From Tubulanus polymorphus (taxonomy: Eukaryota; Animalia; Nemertea), in NCBI RefSeq assembly GCF_964204645.1, contig NC_134027.1, positions 23,522,560 through 23,586,559 on the forward strand: a stretch of 64,000 bases of DNA, given 5' to 3'. Of the stretch, positions 30,181 to 42,118 are shown piece after piece. Within the stretch, counting starts at the first letter, position 1. Each line of letters opens with the position of its first letter. A program made the position numbers and the translations under genes. The notes under the pieces are model-generated. The model was not told the origin of the DNA, searched no databases, and saw only the letters and a program-made list of their open reading frames with translations.

Positions 30181-30484
30181 ATAAAAATATAATCAAAATG
30201 AACAAATTGGCTACAAGCGGATGCAGATAAGAATACAAGGGTCTAACCTCGATAGAATGATACGTATAAAAACTAGCTAAAATCGCTCAGTATAAGATCT
30301 AGAATATAACATAGATTGTAAAGTTACAACGCGCGAGTAAATTGGAAGAAGTTGAAATACGATTAAGGAAATATAATTTTGGCCAAGTTTTACAGGATGT
30401 GGAGAATGAAAATCGGAAGATTTTTAATTTTTCGGTTATTACCATGATTTCTCATTGTTACTATATCCTCTAGGTTAATGATTA

Positions 30485-31090
30485 AACAAGTCACAGGCGC
30501 GCGACCCAAGGTTCTCGGGCTCGGATTCAAACAACAAAATTACCATGCGTTTGTTCCCATTGCATTTTGGATATGTCATATCCAGGGCCATTACGTAATT
30601 TTCGTCAAGACAACTATTTGAATTTCGATCCCGTTCCTCAGTTATGAGGTCATATTCGAAGTCACGTCCTAGAAAACCACTTTTTAGTGCCTCGTTCCGC
30701 CGCTAGGTGGCATACTGGGCCCAATTCTTTAACTGCACAACTAGTCCCCGATACTAATATTCAGGCCTACCAACCTCTGAGAAGTGCTATCAGTAACAAA
30801 TTAAAATTTTTTCAGTAACATGTTTTCTTCCATATTTCAATGAAATGTTACTGATCAGTAATCAACAGTAAGACCCTCAGTAAAATCTTTCATATTTCTG
30901 TATGCATCAAACAAATCAATCAGTATATCCGGTTATAAAACAGTAACAAATACTGAAAATCAGGAACAGTTTGCAGCTCTGAATATTGTACGCTCATGCT
31001 TCATCGAGATCGATCCGCAATTAATGAGCTGAAAGACATACAGACGGACAGTTCGAAAATAAGGATTTCACGGACGCCCGAGAACCTATA
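30485..31090 (-). mobile_element. Helentron/DINE-1-like element containing a nested ~220-bp insertion (30762-30981, flanked by AATATT repeats)
   Basis: Subterminal IR ggttctcgggc/gcccgagaacc, a GTCT-type microsatellite and a 3' hairpin before ttgttt. Confidence 0.6.
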
Positions 31091-31497
31091 TTTCCATGGT
31101 CATAGTTGAAAACAACATTTACGAACCAGAGCCCTGAAGCCGAGTTCCATACATTACGGTATAAACACGGCGATTTCTTTTTAAGATATAAATTTACGGT
31201 CAGATAATAACGATTAATACGTTGTAGAGACATTTTGCCAACTCCGAGCTGTATGAGAGACATCCACAGAACATTGCATTACCGGTCTCCACACAGTTAA
31301 TACCGCTTAATCCAGAACAGCAGGGACAAATTTATAAAAATGAAATCCATCTGGTTAAACATATTCACGTCCGTAAATAATATCTGAATTCGATCGAAGT
31401 CTCGATCGAACTGGTCCGGATTAAGCGGGTTAAATTGAGACAGTTATCGAAATATCACGATACTTTGTACCGTGCAAACAATTTAAAAAGTCAGTAC

Positions 31498-31661
31498 GGG
31501 ACCATTCATTTATTACGTACGCATAAAATTTGAATTTTTCAACCCCCTCCCCCCTCTGTATGCAAAATCCATTTTTTCATATACATTAAGCATTACAGTA
31601 CGCAATAGCACTGACACCTCCCCCCTCCCCTAATGCATACGTAATAAATGAATGACCCCTA
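31498..31661. mobile_element. Short MITE (TIR GGG(G/A)(T/C)CATTCATTTATTACGTA)
   Basis: TIRs are seen. Relatives occur at ~24385-25120 and ~33648-33757. Confidence 0.75.
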
Positions 31662-31908
31662 TACACTAATCTGAATTGGCCATAAAGGCCTAGATTTGTA
31701 AACCTACTTTTAGCACGCGGCATATATAATCGCTTTAAGCTAGAACTTATAAGTTTAATATTAAACAATCGATTTAAACTTCTGTCAAGCAAAATATCGC
31801 AAATAACAAATCACTGTGACTTTGAAACAAGTCCAACTTAACCACTTCAGCCTCTTAATTGTAGAAAAGAAATCGAAAATGGACCACACAATGTTCAATT
31901 CTAATTAA

Positions 31909-32498
31909 CCCTTTCGCTACGTACACGCTTGCACCGCCCCGTACGTAAGGTATTTTCCGAAAAATTCGATTTTTTTCAAATTGTTTTTAACCCCGATTTT
32001 TCGCGTTTTTATCGAAGATTATGATGTTATTTAGTGAAAATCAGTAAAAAATCATACCAACAGCCTTTTCTGTAGGGGGGGGCGTGTTGGGGGGGGGGGT
32101 CAGGATGGGTTAGAAATTTTTTTTTTTCAGTTCGTCCCAAGAGTCGTCTCCGCCCAGTCCGAAATCACCCCCGTCATCTAAATCGTCATCTTCACTGTCG
32201 TCGTCGGCGTAAATCTTGCCTAAAACTTGTTTAGCACTGAAAACTTTCTTTCGAGCAGCCATCTCAATCCCGCGCAAATTACCATGTGCTCAACAGGCTG
32301 ACAGCACCAACTACTGACGCATTTTCGCCATCTGTTGTTTAGAAAGCTAACTATCTTGTCTTACATGCGTTTCCATACTGTTTGCTGTGTACGCGTTCGA
32401 GTTATAAATCAATAGGTGCATGACGTTTCTACAACGTCATACGCACAGCACGTGTCACTCCATATGACGTTTCCAAAACGTCACACGTAGCGAAAGGG
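31909..32498 (-). mobile_element. piggyBac deletion derivative retaining a probable transposase N-terminus
   Basis: TTAA flanks and ends near-identical to 24454-25032. The minus strand reads MAARKKVFSAKQVLGKIYADDDSEDDDLDDG... Confidence 0.85.
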
Positions 32499-32628
32499 TT
32501 AAGACCAGTCTTAAGATTTAAGACCACTTTTGGACGCCCCTGCAGTTCAAGTTTAGTTACCGTTGGTTAGTTCATGTTTTCGATTAAAGCGCGACGATCG
32601 AAACTGAACCGTATCAAACCGAACGTTT

Positions 32629-35600
32629 CTAATTCCACAATTTCAATCGTTTCTTCGCGTCGACGACGCGTTTCACCAGATCGTCGGCGAACGTCAGCAT
32701 GTGGCGATCCTTCACGTAGTTCGTGTCGCCCTTCGACTCCCAGTTGCGATAGTGATGCAGCAAGCCCTCGTCGCGCGCGCACACGTACGAGTCGCGCGAC
32801 CCGGCGCCCGAGTACTCCCACACGTTGTGCACGCCGAGCACCAGCGCGCGTGACGCCACAACGATATTCTTCGAACGCTGCCCGGCGCCGTGAACGCGCG
32901 GTTCGCGCCGCGTTTTCAACAACGACTCCAAGTTCAACTTCTTCAACGTGGCGTTCGCGCCCGTCTCCTCGTCGTCGGGCCACTCCGTTTTGAAAAACGT
33001 GTTCAAAAACATCACCGACGCCGGCTCGGCGCCGTTGTTTTTGGCGCGGATACCGTCGATCAAACCGCGCCACGTCCGATGTCGGCGCGGTACGGCGAAC
33101 TCATCCAAATCGGTGACGACCACGTATTTGTATTTTTTCATATTGCGAAACAGGCAATCATTGAGACAGGCGATCTGCGCAAAGTAATGCACCTCGACTT
33201 CGACGCGTTCGGGCCACTTATCGACGACGACCGGCGGATGCCAGCGCACCAACTCAACGGTGCCGCGCGATTCGTAATCGCGCAGTACCCGCGCGACCGG
33301 TTCGCCGAGCGTGTGGTTGTAGAACGTGAAGTGGTCGGCGCCGAGCAGCGAGTTCAGCTCGACGTTCTCAACGATTTGGTCGACGCGTTTGTAGCCGAAG
33401 TTGAACGGCGGCATGCAGACGGCGAAACCAGTCAATTTGGCGTAATCGACCGGCGCGCGATTCAACACGTTGATTCGATTGGCCGGCATATCACAACGAT
33501 CCGGCACGACGGAGACGATGTACGGAGCGCCATCTACACCCGACACGGGACAGTTGAAATAGAAACTGTTGTATCTGAAAAATACGAACGATTAGAATAT
33601 TAGACTTTAAAGAAAAAAATCTTGCTTCTTTCGCATTAAAAAAGGACAGGGACCATTCACTTAGTATGTACGCAAGGGTAAAGTGAAATGTACAGCTGCA
33701 TGCAAGGGGGGTGAAAAATCGGCAGATTTTCGCGTACGTACTAAATGGATGGCCCCCAGGCCCATCCCTGGGCCGATCAACTACCTGATATCTCTCTAAT
33801 TGTAGTAGTTTTCATGAAAATTTCAGATTAATTTAACACTAAAGATAGTCTGTTTAATTGAAAATGAATTAGAAATTATCCGGACTTCTAGACTATTTTG
33901 ATATTTTTGGCAGCCAGGTTTGCCCGGGGTCATCCAATTCAAACAAAGGGTGGTTCAAACTGGTATCAGGACAGTATCCCCCTACATTTTTCCTCTCTAT
34001 TGTAATGTAACGTAATTCATTTCATCATCAATTATAATTACAAATAAAATCTATAACAAATAAGTAGAATGATGATGCCCCTGACAATAACCCCGATAAA
34101 ATCAACGATGGAATAAGCCCCCTAGAAAAATCATATGACCACGGACTTTCACAAAACATCAAAGGTTAAAACTATACGATTCCTTATTTCAATGGAAAAA
34201 TGTGCCACGTATAGATTACCATATTGTAGATATATACATTATAGGTACAGGGGCGGATCCAGGATTTTTTCGAGGAGAGGGTTCATAAAGAATGTTCAAC
34301 CGCCGACTAAAATCTCTGAAAGGGGGCCTATACGGCATATTGTTTGGCCAAACATAAGATGATATGGCAACGATTATGTAGTACCGTTTACCCGCTTTGT
34401 CTTGAGTACATTCCTTCATGAAAACAGGAAAACGATTAAAAATGTTTTTGGTCGCTGAGCGGAGGGTCGCACCCCATAAAACCCCCCCTCAGGATCCGTA
34501 AATTATATTGTCCTGCTTAGGGGCAAATTTCATTGGGAGGAATCTCCACGGGAAGGTGTCCGAGCGTAATTTCACCGGGACGATATGCGAAGAGGTAAGC
34601 TACGTAATAATAATCTGAGGTTAATGGTCAAGGAGTAATAGTAATTGTAGGAGGCTTCACCAGTGGCGTTGAAACTGTAGCGACTGTAGCCGTGGAAATA
34701 ATTTACTGAATGACGTTTTTTTTCTTTCTATTCTGTTTTCAACAAAATTGAAGTAAATTCGCCGCGGCAATGTTAGAACTTGTCAAAAATAGGCTATTAG
34801 CAGCGGCTATTAAAAATTGCTTCCAACGCGCTTGTTCACTATACGATAAGTTAAGACATTTTCATTTAACTAGGGGAGGCTCCGAGAAATGGCAGGTTTG
34901 ATAAAATCCCGTCTGAAAAGTAGATCGGCGAAATCGATTCCGATCGATCGAAAATGTGTGAAAATCTTTCCGGCATTTAACAACATACGACAATAGAATG
35001 ATTGATGAGCGTCGATCAATCTCACATCTGTTACAAACTGACAATAGAACGAGGTGTCGATTTCAATAATAACTCTAACCGAAGGCGTCAAACTGACAAT
35101 ACTTTAATCGGTCACATCTTTCCAACCGAGCGCCACATCGCTGTCTAATTACACTTCATAAACTAGACTTTAGCCTCTGCAGGCAGGGTCCAATTTAAAC
35201 ATTTGTCCGATTGACCGGGACAAGTATATTCTCATCAGGGCAAGTAGGTTATCATTCATTACTTGTCCCACGGGCTTGTGAAATTCTATGTCACAAAGCT
35301 TTTTTCCCACTCGATACAACGGATGATAGTGCCACCAATCGTACTGCCTGTGTAGGGCAATCAAATCCCTGCCAGGGAAGAATGTGACAGAGTCATGATG
35401 CCATCAGGTTCAAATCCCTGTAAGGGAGGAATGTGGCAGAGTCTCATGATGCCATCAGGTTCAACTTCCTGTAAGGGAGGAATGTGGCAGAGTCCCATGA
35501 TGCCATCAGGTTCAAATCCCAGCCAGGGAAGAATGTGACAGAGTGTCATGAGATGCAATCAGGTTCAAATCCCTGCCATAGAACGTGGCAGTCTTAACAA

Positions 35601-36824
35601 TGCCATCAAATTCGAACAGATGGGAATCCTGTACTATTTTTCAAACGCACAAATTCAACCGTTCTTTAGATACAGTCTGTCTCATAAATCGATAATCAAT
35701 GCTACCACCTGCCCATTATTGGAGTTGTTAAAAACGGATTAACCTAACTATCGATTTTATTCAATGTTCGATATTATGTTTCATACTCAATAATGAACAA
35801 GAGCGCGGTTTGAACAGAGTTCGTAATAATCCGCAATATGCAAATCGAAAACAAATTCACCATAAAATGCAAATACAAACGCTTCTACAAACAATTTCCA
35901 ATGGATCATGCTGTATCCAAACAACAGCCGTACAGGGAGGGATGCAATAAGAGCAGCCGCGACAAACAGCTTTCGCACTGTTAATAATATGAGTGGTGTG
36001 AATGAAACCGAAAACCAAGCTGAATATACGCCAGAAGAGTTGCGAAATTCAAAACCATTTTCCAAAGCCTTCCGAGCCAATACTGGAACTATTAGAAGTC
36101 GAAATCAAGCCAATAATCAATTTTATCATCTAGACGCGGTGCGTTTTACGAACCACATCAACTCCTAGTCACATAACATCCAATTGATTTAAAACTTTGT
36201 GGTTTCTACGTGGTACCCCTTTTTATTTTAATTGCTAGGCTAGTCCTGTTTATTTCACTTCTCATACATAGCCCCCTGTTATCGTTCTACGAGTTTATTT
36301 GTAAAGCTTAGTTACTTCTTTTCTGGTCATTCCGCCTGTTGTGGTTTTCATTTCGATAAATGTTAATCGTGGGATTTCTTTATTTATGCCAATAAAATAT
36401 TTGGACAACGAGAACCACCTTCGAGAGGAATCAATTCCATTGATCTAAGCTTATAGTACAGCTAAATCTTCATTATCCGACATATTCTGGATAGTATCAC
36501 AATTACGAATGCTGTAGGCAAAAGTTATCAGATGGCGTGTGGCACTTATTGACATTTTTTGTGAAAATTAAGCCCAATTTAGGGCCTCGACATTTTTTTT
36601 TCTCCAAAATGTAGCACCTAGCTTCGAGCGTTGTTCGAAATGGCTTGAAATTCATGCTTCTCGCGGAAATATGAAATGTTGAGCACTTCATGCAGCTTTC
36701 AGAAACTAATCAACGCAGTACTGCGGATGAGTGTACAGGAGCGTCCAGCAGTGAAGACAGATGTCTCATTCAGTCCCTAGGTGGTTTTACCAGATGGACC
36801 TGATCAATGGGGCACCAGCAGCAC

Positions 36825-36871
<47 letters not shown>

Positions 36872-39800
36872 CAATTTGTTTCTAACAGATGGCACTACAA
36901 TTACACGCAGTTATACAATCCAAAATCCCAAGTTTTCCAAATTATGCTTATAATTATGCTTATTATTTCTCAAATTATCGGTTTCGTTTTATATTTCTAC
37001 GATTAAAAATAGGGCCTATCGGTTAATAACTTTTTTTTTTTCTCAACAGTGAAATCGATCTCAATCCAAAATCCCAAGTTTTCCAGTTTTTTTTTGGGCA
37101 AAATTTCTCAAATTATCGGTTTCGTTTTATATTTCTACGATTTAAAATAGGGCCTATCGGTTAATAACTATTTTTTTTTTCTCAACAGTGAAATCGATCT
37201 CAGCCGGTTACCCCCCCCCCCCCCCCCGATAAGAGGCACTCGCTGGGAGCAATGTAACCGAGGCAACCGGTAATAGGATCGGACGCAGAGCAACGTAACC
37301 GAGGCAACCGGTAATAGGATCGGACGCAGATGAGACGTCAGAGTTTTCTCTGATTTTCCAGGTTTCCAGCTAATAAATGGTCACCCTGTCTCCGAGCACA
37401 CGGACTTTTTTTTTTTAATCTTAAAAAAGGGATTGTCCCCATTATTTATTTATTTGGTTCGTAAATTCTGTTTGATTTTTCGATTGAGTGTCCCTTACAG
37501 ACCCACCACACCTGCCGCGAGCGAAACAGGGGGTTTGATTTTGAAATCGGAAATCGAAGTACAGATATAGTTGCGTGATCGGCGGTCGAGTTAAATCGAA
37601 GTACAAATTCGGTTCCGGTTCATCCAAACAATCTTCCATTCAGTCTGAACCGGCAAGCGACTGATTGGGATGAATTTTTCTAGCTGCCTAATCTAATACC
37701 TACATTGAACTGACAACTGCATTGTTTGTTGTCACAAATGGCTGTATTTCTGGCCAGTTACCACATTTAGAAGTTTCCCCATACACAAGGTTTGTAGGGG
37801 TAAAAAATCGGCACTTTTTGAGGTCATAATTTCCTTGAATCTAAATACGAGTTCCCAGTGTGTACTAGGCTATTAGACTCGTTAATCATTAAAGGCAATT
37901 GACGATGAAGGCAAGTGAAATCAAAGTGACAAGGTCTCAATAACAGGCCCATTCGCACCTAGAAACGCTTAAGACCGCAATAAAAGTCGTCAGTTCCTGT
38001 GATTATAGCCGCGATCACACGGAGACGATTTGGATCAGGCTTAAGCCAAATTTGAAAGCGCCTTCACACGCAAACCATTCGCTCGATACTAAACAATGCT
38101 CAAACAAAGCGTAATGATTTACTTCCACAACCAGCTGCGATTCAAACGCAATCATTTTTTTTGCTAAAATTTGGCTCGGGCCTGGTCTGACGTTTTTAGT
38201 TGGGTCGAAATTTGGCCCAGGCCAACTATCTTTAGATTTTCCAAAAGTGAACTCTTTTCCAACTGTCTACAAAATCCTGTACCGGTTTGTAGTTGTATCA
38301 AATTGGGGCAAAAGTTGAGCACTCTTCAGGACTTTCTCTAATTTCAAAAAGCCAACATTTTTTCCTAAATCCATATAGGCCTAAAATTTCCTGGCACTTT
38401 TCTAAATCCAATGATTTTGTCATGTCAGTGGCAATGACTCTCAATAATAGGCGCAGTTGAATGCACAAATAGTAATTAAATCCATCGACATAGACAAGGA
38501 AGTAATTTTTAGCACATTCCTGAAAAGCAAGCACTTATCAGGGTTTATTATTATCACTTATTAGGGCGCCTATCCTGAATTTTTTCAAAAGTTAGCACTT
38601 GTCAGAATTGGCTTGAGCCTTCAGCTGATAGACCTACTACAAATGCGCACTTTCCAAAAAAGGGTTGTAAAGCTAGTAAGCTTAAAGTTGAAGCATCAAA
38701 ATTTCTTGCAAATAAAATTTCCAAAGAATCAACATTTTTCTCCTACAACACCATTTTAAGGCCATATAAAATAAATGACTTCATTTTCATCAGCGCCTGC
38801 CTAGTTTAGTGGTCGCCTGGAGTTTTTTTTATATTTTATAAAGAAAACATAAAACTACCACCAGGATAATCACACTTACAACTAAAGTCATCTATTAGCT
38901 GCCAAACATGTAAACAATTGTAACAATTGTATGAAGTTTATTGATTATTGAAAGCTAGAGCATACATTGACCCATTTAGGCTACTTCACGTTCAGAATTC
39001 AGTTAATTTTAGATTTTGTATTCTAGACATGTACAATACATGACAGATTTTTATCCTATTATTCTTTTAGTTTCAATGTTTTTCACCTATTGAAGCTACA
39101 ATTGAACACAGCAAGACCTCAGAGGTCTTGCTAGTCTTCATATATCATTAGAGCTTGCGGAATATTTTATATAAAATATAAACCTCCTTCCTCGATGATT
39201 TTTTTTACAACTTCTGATGAGAATCAAGTAATTTTTTTTATATGGCCTGAGGATTTTTCACTTTTTTTTACTCATATTCGCATTAGGTCTTAGGCCTAAT
39301 CAATAAATTTATCAATTCCAGAACCCAAGATTGCTATCTCCTTTGGGTCTAACTGCAGTTTGCGTCACCTATCCACTGGGTGGCGCTAGTGTTATTAAAG
39401 AATAGTGTTATGGTAAGGTTAGGTATATAACCATTAGGGACACCTAAACTGCAGTCATACCCTCCTTTGGAGTTGGGCTCTGCGATATTTTGCGACCGTA
39501 CTTACAATCGACCGTGACCTTCGGGCAGCGGCTGGACGGATAGAGGCGAGATCACCAGCGGGTCGGCGCGGTTTTCGAACCACAGCTGACAAAATCCTGA
39601 AATCTGAGACTTCGACGAAATTCCGACGACGCGAACGAACTTCTGGCGGGAGCCGCGATCGTCGTAAAACGCCGAGAACAGAAACGCGTCGCGATTATGA
39701 GCCCGAAACGGCTGAAACCGTTGCTGCTCGGGCAATGGGCCGGGTTCGATCAACTGCGGGCATTGCTTCGATTTCGCGAGTTCTTTATGCATAAACGGTT

Positions 39801-40098
39801 TCTGGTTGGCCGGCGCTTTACCGCCACCCCGCTGGCCGGCGTCCTCACCATGTTTTCGAACAACGGCTTCGCCCGGAATTTCGCCTTGGAACTTTAAATC
39901 TAAATCCCGTGATTCTAAATCGGTTTCGACGTGGATTCCAGTGCGTTTCGGTAGATGGGGTAGATGTTGATTGCTCCCCCACGACGTCGACGAGGCCGGG
40001 CTGCCGTAACCGGCTAAGTAAAAAACGACGGCGGCAAAAATGTTCAAACCGATCACCAACAGAACGATGTTCTTCACGTTAAGTCTTAAATTCTTCAT
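32629..40098 (-). CDS. Glycosyltransferase family 92 (beta-1,4-galactosyltransferase GALT-1-like), type II membrane protein, ~512 aa, 2 exons
   Basis: Exons 40098-39506 and 33574-32629 (phase 2). N-terminal TM, FLFSAFYDDR, LGADHFTFY, Q..CLNDCLFR, a DLDE (DxD) motif and LLHHYR. Confidence 0.93.
35361..35610. repeat. 51-bp minisatellite (atgccatcaggttcaaatccctg...)
   Basis: Tandem units. The same family occurs at ~48700-49180. Confidence 0.85.
35790..36130 (-). pseudogene. Possible decayed class A GPCR fragment (TM3-TM4-like) in the GT92 intron
   Basis: GVYSAWFSVSFT resembles SYSSWLIVTIS of the GPCR at 52272, and LFVAAALIASLP is TM4-like. Frames are disrupted. Confidence 0.3.
36826..36871. 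repeat. (AAT)n microsatellite
   Basis: Seen directly. Confidence 0.95.
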
Positions 40099-42118
40099 CG
40101 TTTGAACGATCGTTTGAACGCTGTCGCCGGAGACCAGGACTCGCTACACAATAACTCCGCGATCATTGACACTGACACTTCTTCGCTGCATGTTTTCACA
40201 CACAACACACACACGCACACGGATTGTTTGGGTTGCGAGAGAAATTCGTACGAATGACAGCTCGGGAAAACAGAGACTGTCCCATTCAATCTATTCTATT
40301 TACAGACCGGTAACCAGTCTATCATCAGGCGAATGTTGTCATCCTCGCTTGCCAGGGGTCTTGCCAAGTATGTATTATGTATTCTCTATTTAATGTCATT
40401 CTTTAATGTTTTGTCCTGTAAATTTATTGCATGTCTTATCCTATGTATAAATGTTATATACGGCGCAATAAATATAAGTTCAAGTTCAAGTTCAAGGTCC
40501 GGTATCACTCCCGAACTCGCTTCCACCAGCGGGGTACAGCTTTAGCGTAGTGGGTTCGAATCCCTTGACCGGTGAAGATGGAATGTTGTTTGAAAATTGT
40601 TTTTCCTTTTGAGACCGGCAACCAGTCTATGTTGCAAATATTTTTTCTGCTCATTTTTATTTCACCGCCAATGCGTATACCCTTAATATGCTTGATTATT
40701 GTTTTAGATCCTACAGAATGTAGACCTATAACGTTAGTCGAATCCTATTCCTATCAAAGACGTTACGCTACAATAAAGCTTTATTGAATTGAGTTGGATT
40801 TAAATATCTTAATTTTCCATTTGATATATCTAATATGTTCAGGCATTTCATGTTAATCAAATATACATTTAAAGGGTCATAAGAATACAGATTAATTGTT
40901 ACCAAAATAATTCGGTGTCTATAGAAAATATTGCTTACGCACGCGCGAAATTTAACCCATGGTGGAGCCAATAAATTAAACAAATTTGAAATCAGATTTT
41001 CCCCTTAAATTCACGAACAACAAACGATATTAAAGTAGTGTTCGGCCGCCGATAAACTGGTGTTGTGAACCTCGTAACGTCAATCATTAAGGTAGTTTGG
41101 ATTTGAAGCAATATCTTAGCATATGTGATTTAGAAAATGGTGTACGAAACCTGGGCCCTGCCTTCTTCCTGGCCTTGGTTTTGATTGGCTTGGCCTTGCC
41201 CTTGGACCTTCTCTCTGCTGATGCACCAGTCAATGAAGGAACGCCCTACACTACACAGGGACGGGGAAACGAAAATTAGCGATCCATAGCGCCGGGACAG
41301 AGACAATCCAGCGAAAAAAAACGAGGACATGACATGAAATATAACATATTTATTTATCCCTTATCGATTTTAACACTTGAAATCATATTATCTTTTTTAT
41401 CTCTTTCCTATACTTAGCTTAGAGAATAGATCTGCTTAAATGGGGTTACGGCACTCACCAGATGGTGCCACAAAACATCGGGTTATTCGTAGTGAAAATC
41501 AGTTCATTTTCAATGAAATATGAACTTGATTTTTAGCCGCTTCTAAATCCGAAAATTATCAAACAAGTCAGCCGGTAGATTAGATTCACTTTCTCGTTCA
41601 GTGTTTGGTATAGATTTCACTGAATATTGATTGTGATATTGAGAAAAATCGGTTGATTTAGTTGAAGTATAGAAGGAATTGAAGTGTGGTAACCCACCAG
41701 TGGCACTAGCGAACCTGGCAGAATCCTCACTTGCCACAGTAGCATTACCAGAACCCCATTACATTGATGAAACAAAAATTTAAGTAGAAAATTGATTGAT
41801 CACGCGTTTATGATTGTAAAATTCACACCGGATTCTATCGGCTCACTTCTAATACTAAAATGAAGAATAACTGGAAGAATGAATTTCCTATAGGCCTAAA
41901 TGGTCTCAGCTTTTTCCACTCCTGTGTGAGATCTAGGGGAAACGAGGTCCATTAACGCAAGTAAAAGATAGTAGACCTTAGTTAGAATGAAGTTTTGTTT
42001 TTCAGATCTCCAATCAGGCTACTATCACCTAGACCAGGCGAAGACTAGTTTGGATATATAGTGGCAGTATTCAACGCTCCCTTCAAGTGTTTATAATATC
42101 TATTTTCAGTATGATAAT

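Noticed and set aside
32567-33603. Overlapping antisense and alternative-frame ORFs
   Set aside because: They are shadows of the GC-rich GT92 exon.
40530-40570. tRNA gene candidate (GGTTCGAATCCC)
   Set aside because: No cloverleaf or acceptor stem can be formed. It is better explained as a SINE-like repeat shared with ~12640-12690.
41150-41245. Exon-like basic segment on the minus strand (GASAERRSKGKAKPIKTKARKKAGP)
   Set aside because: Splice sites are plausible, but no recognisable homology or linked gene model could be built.
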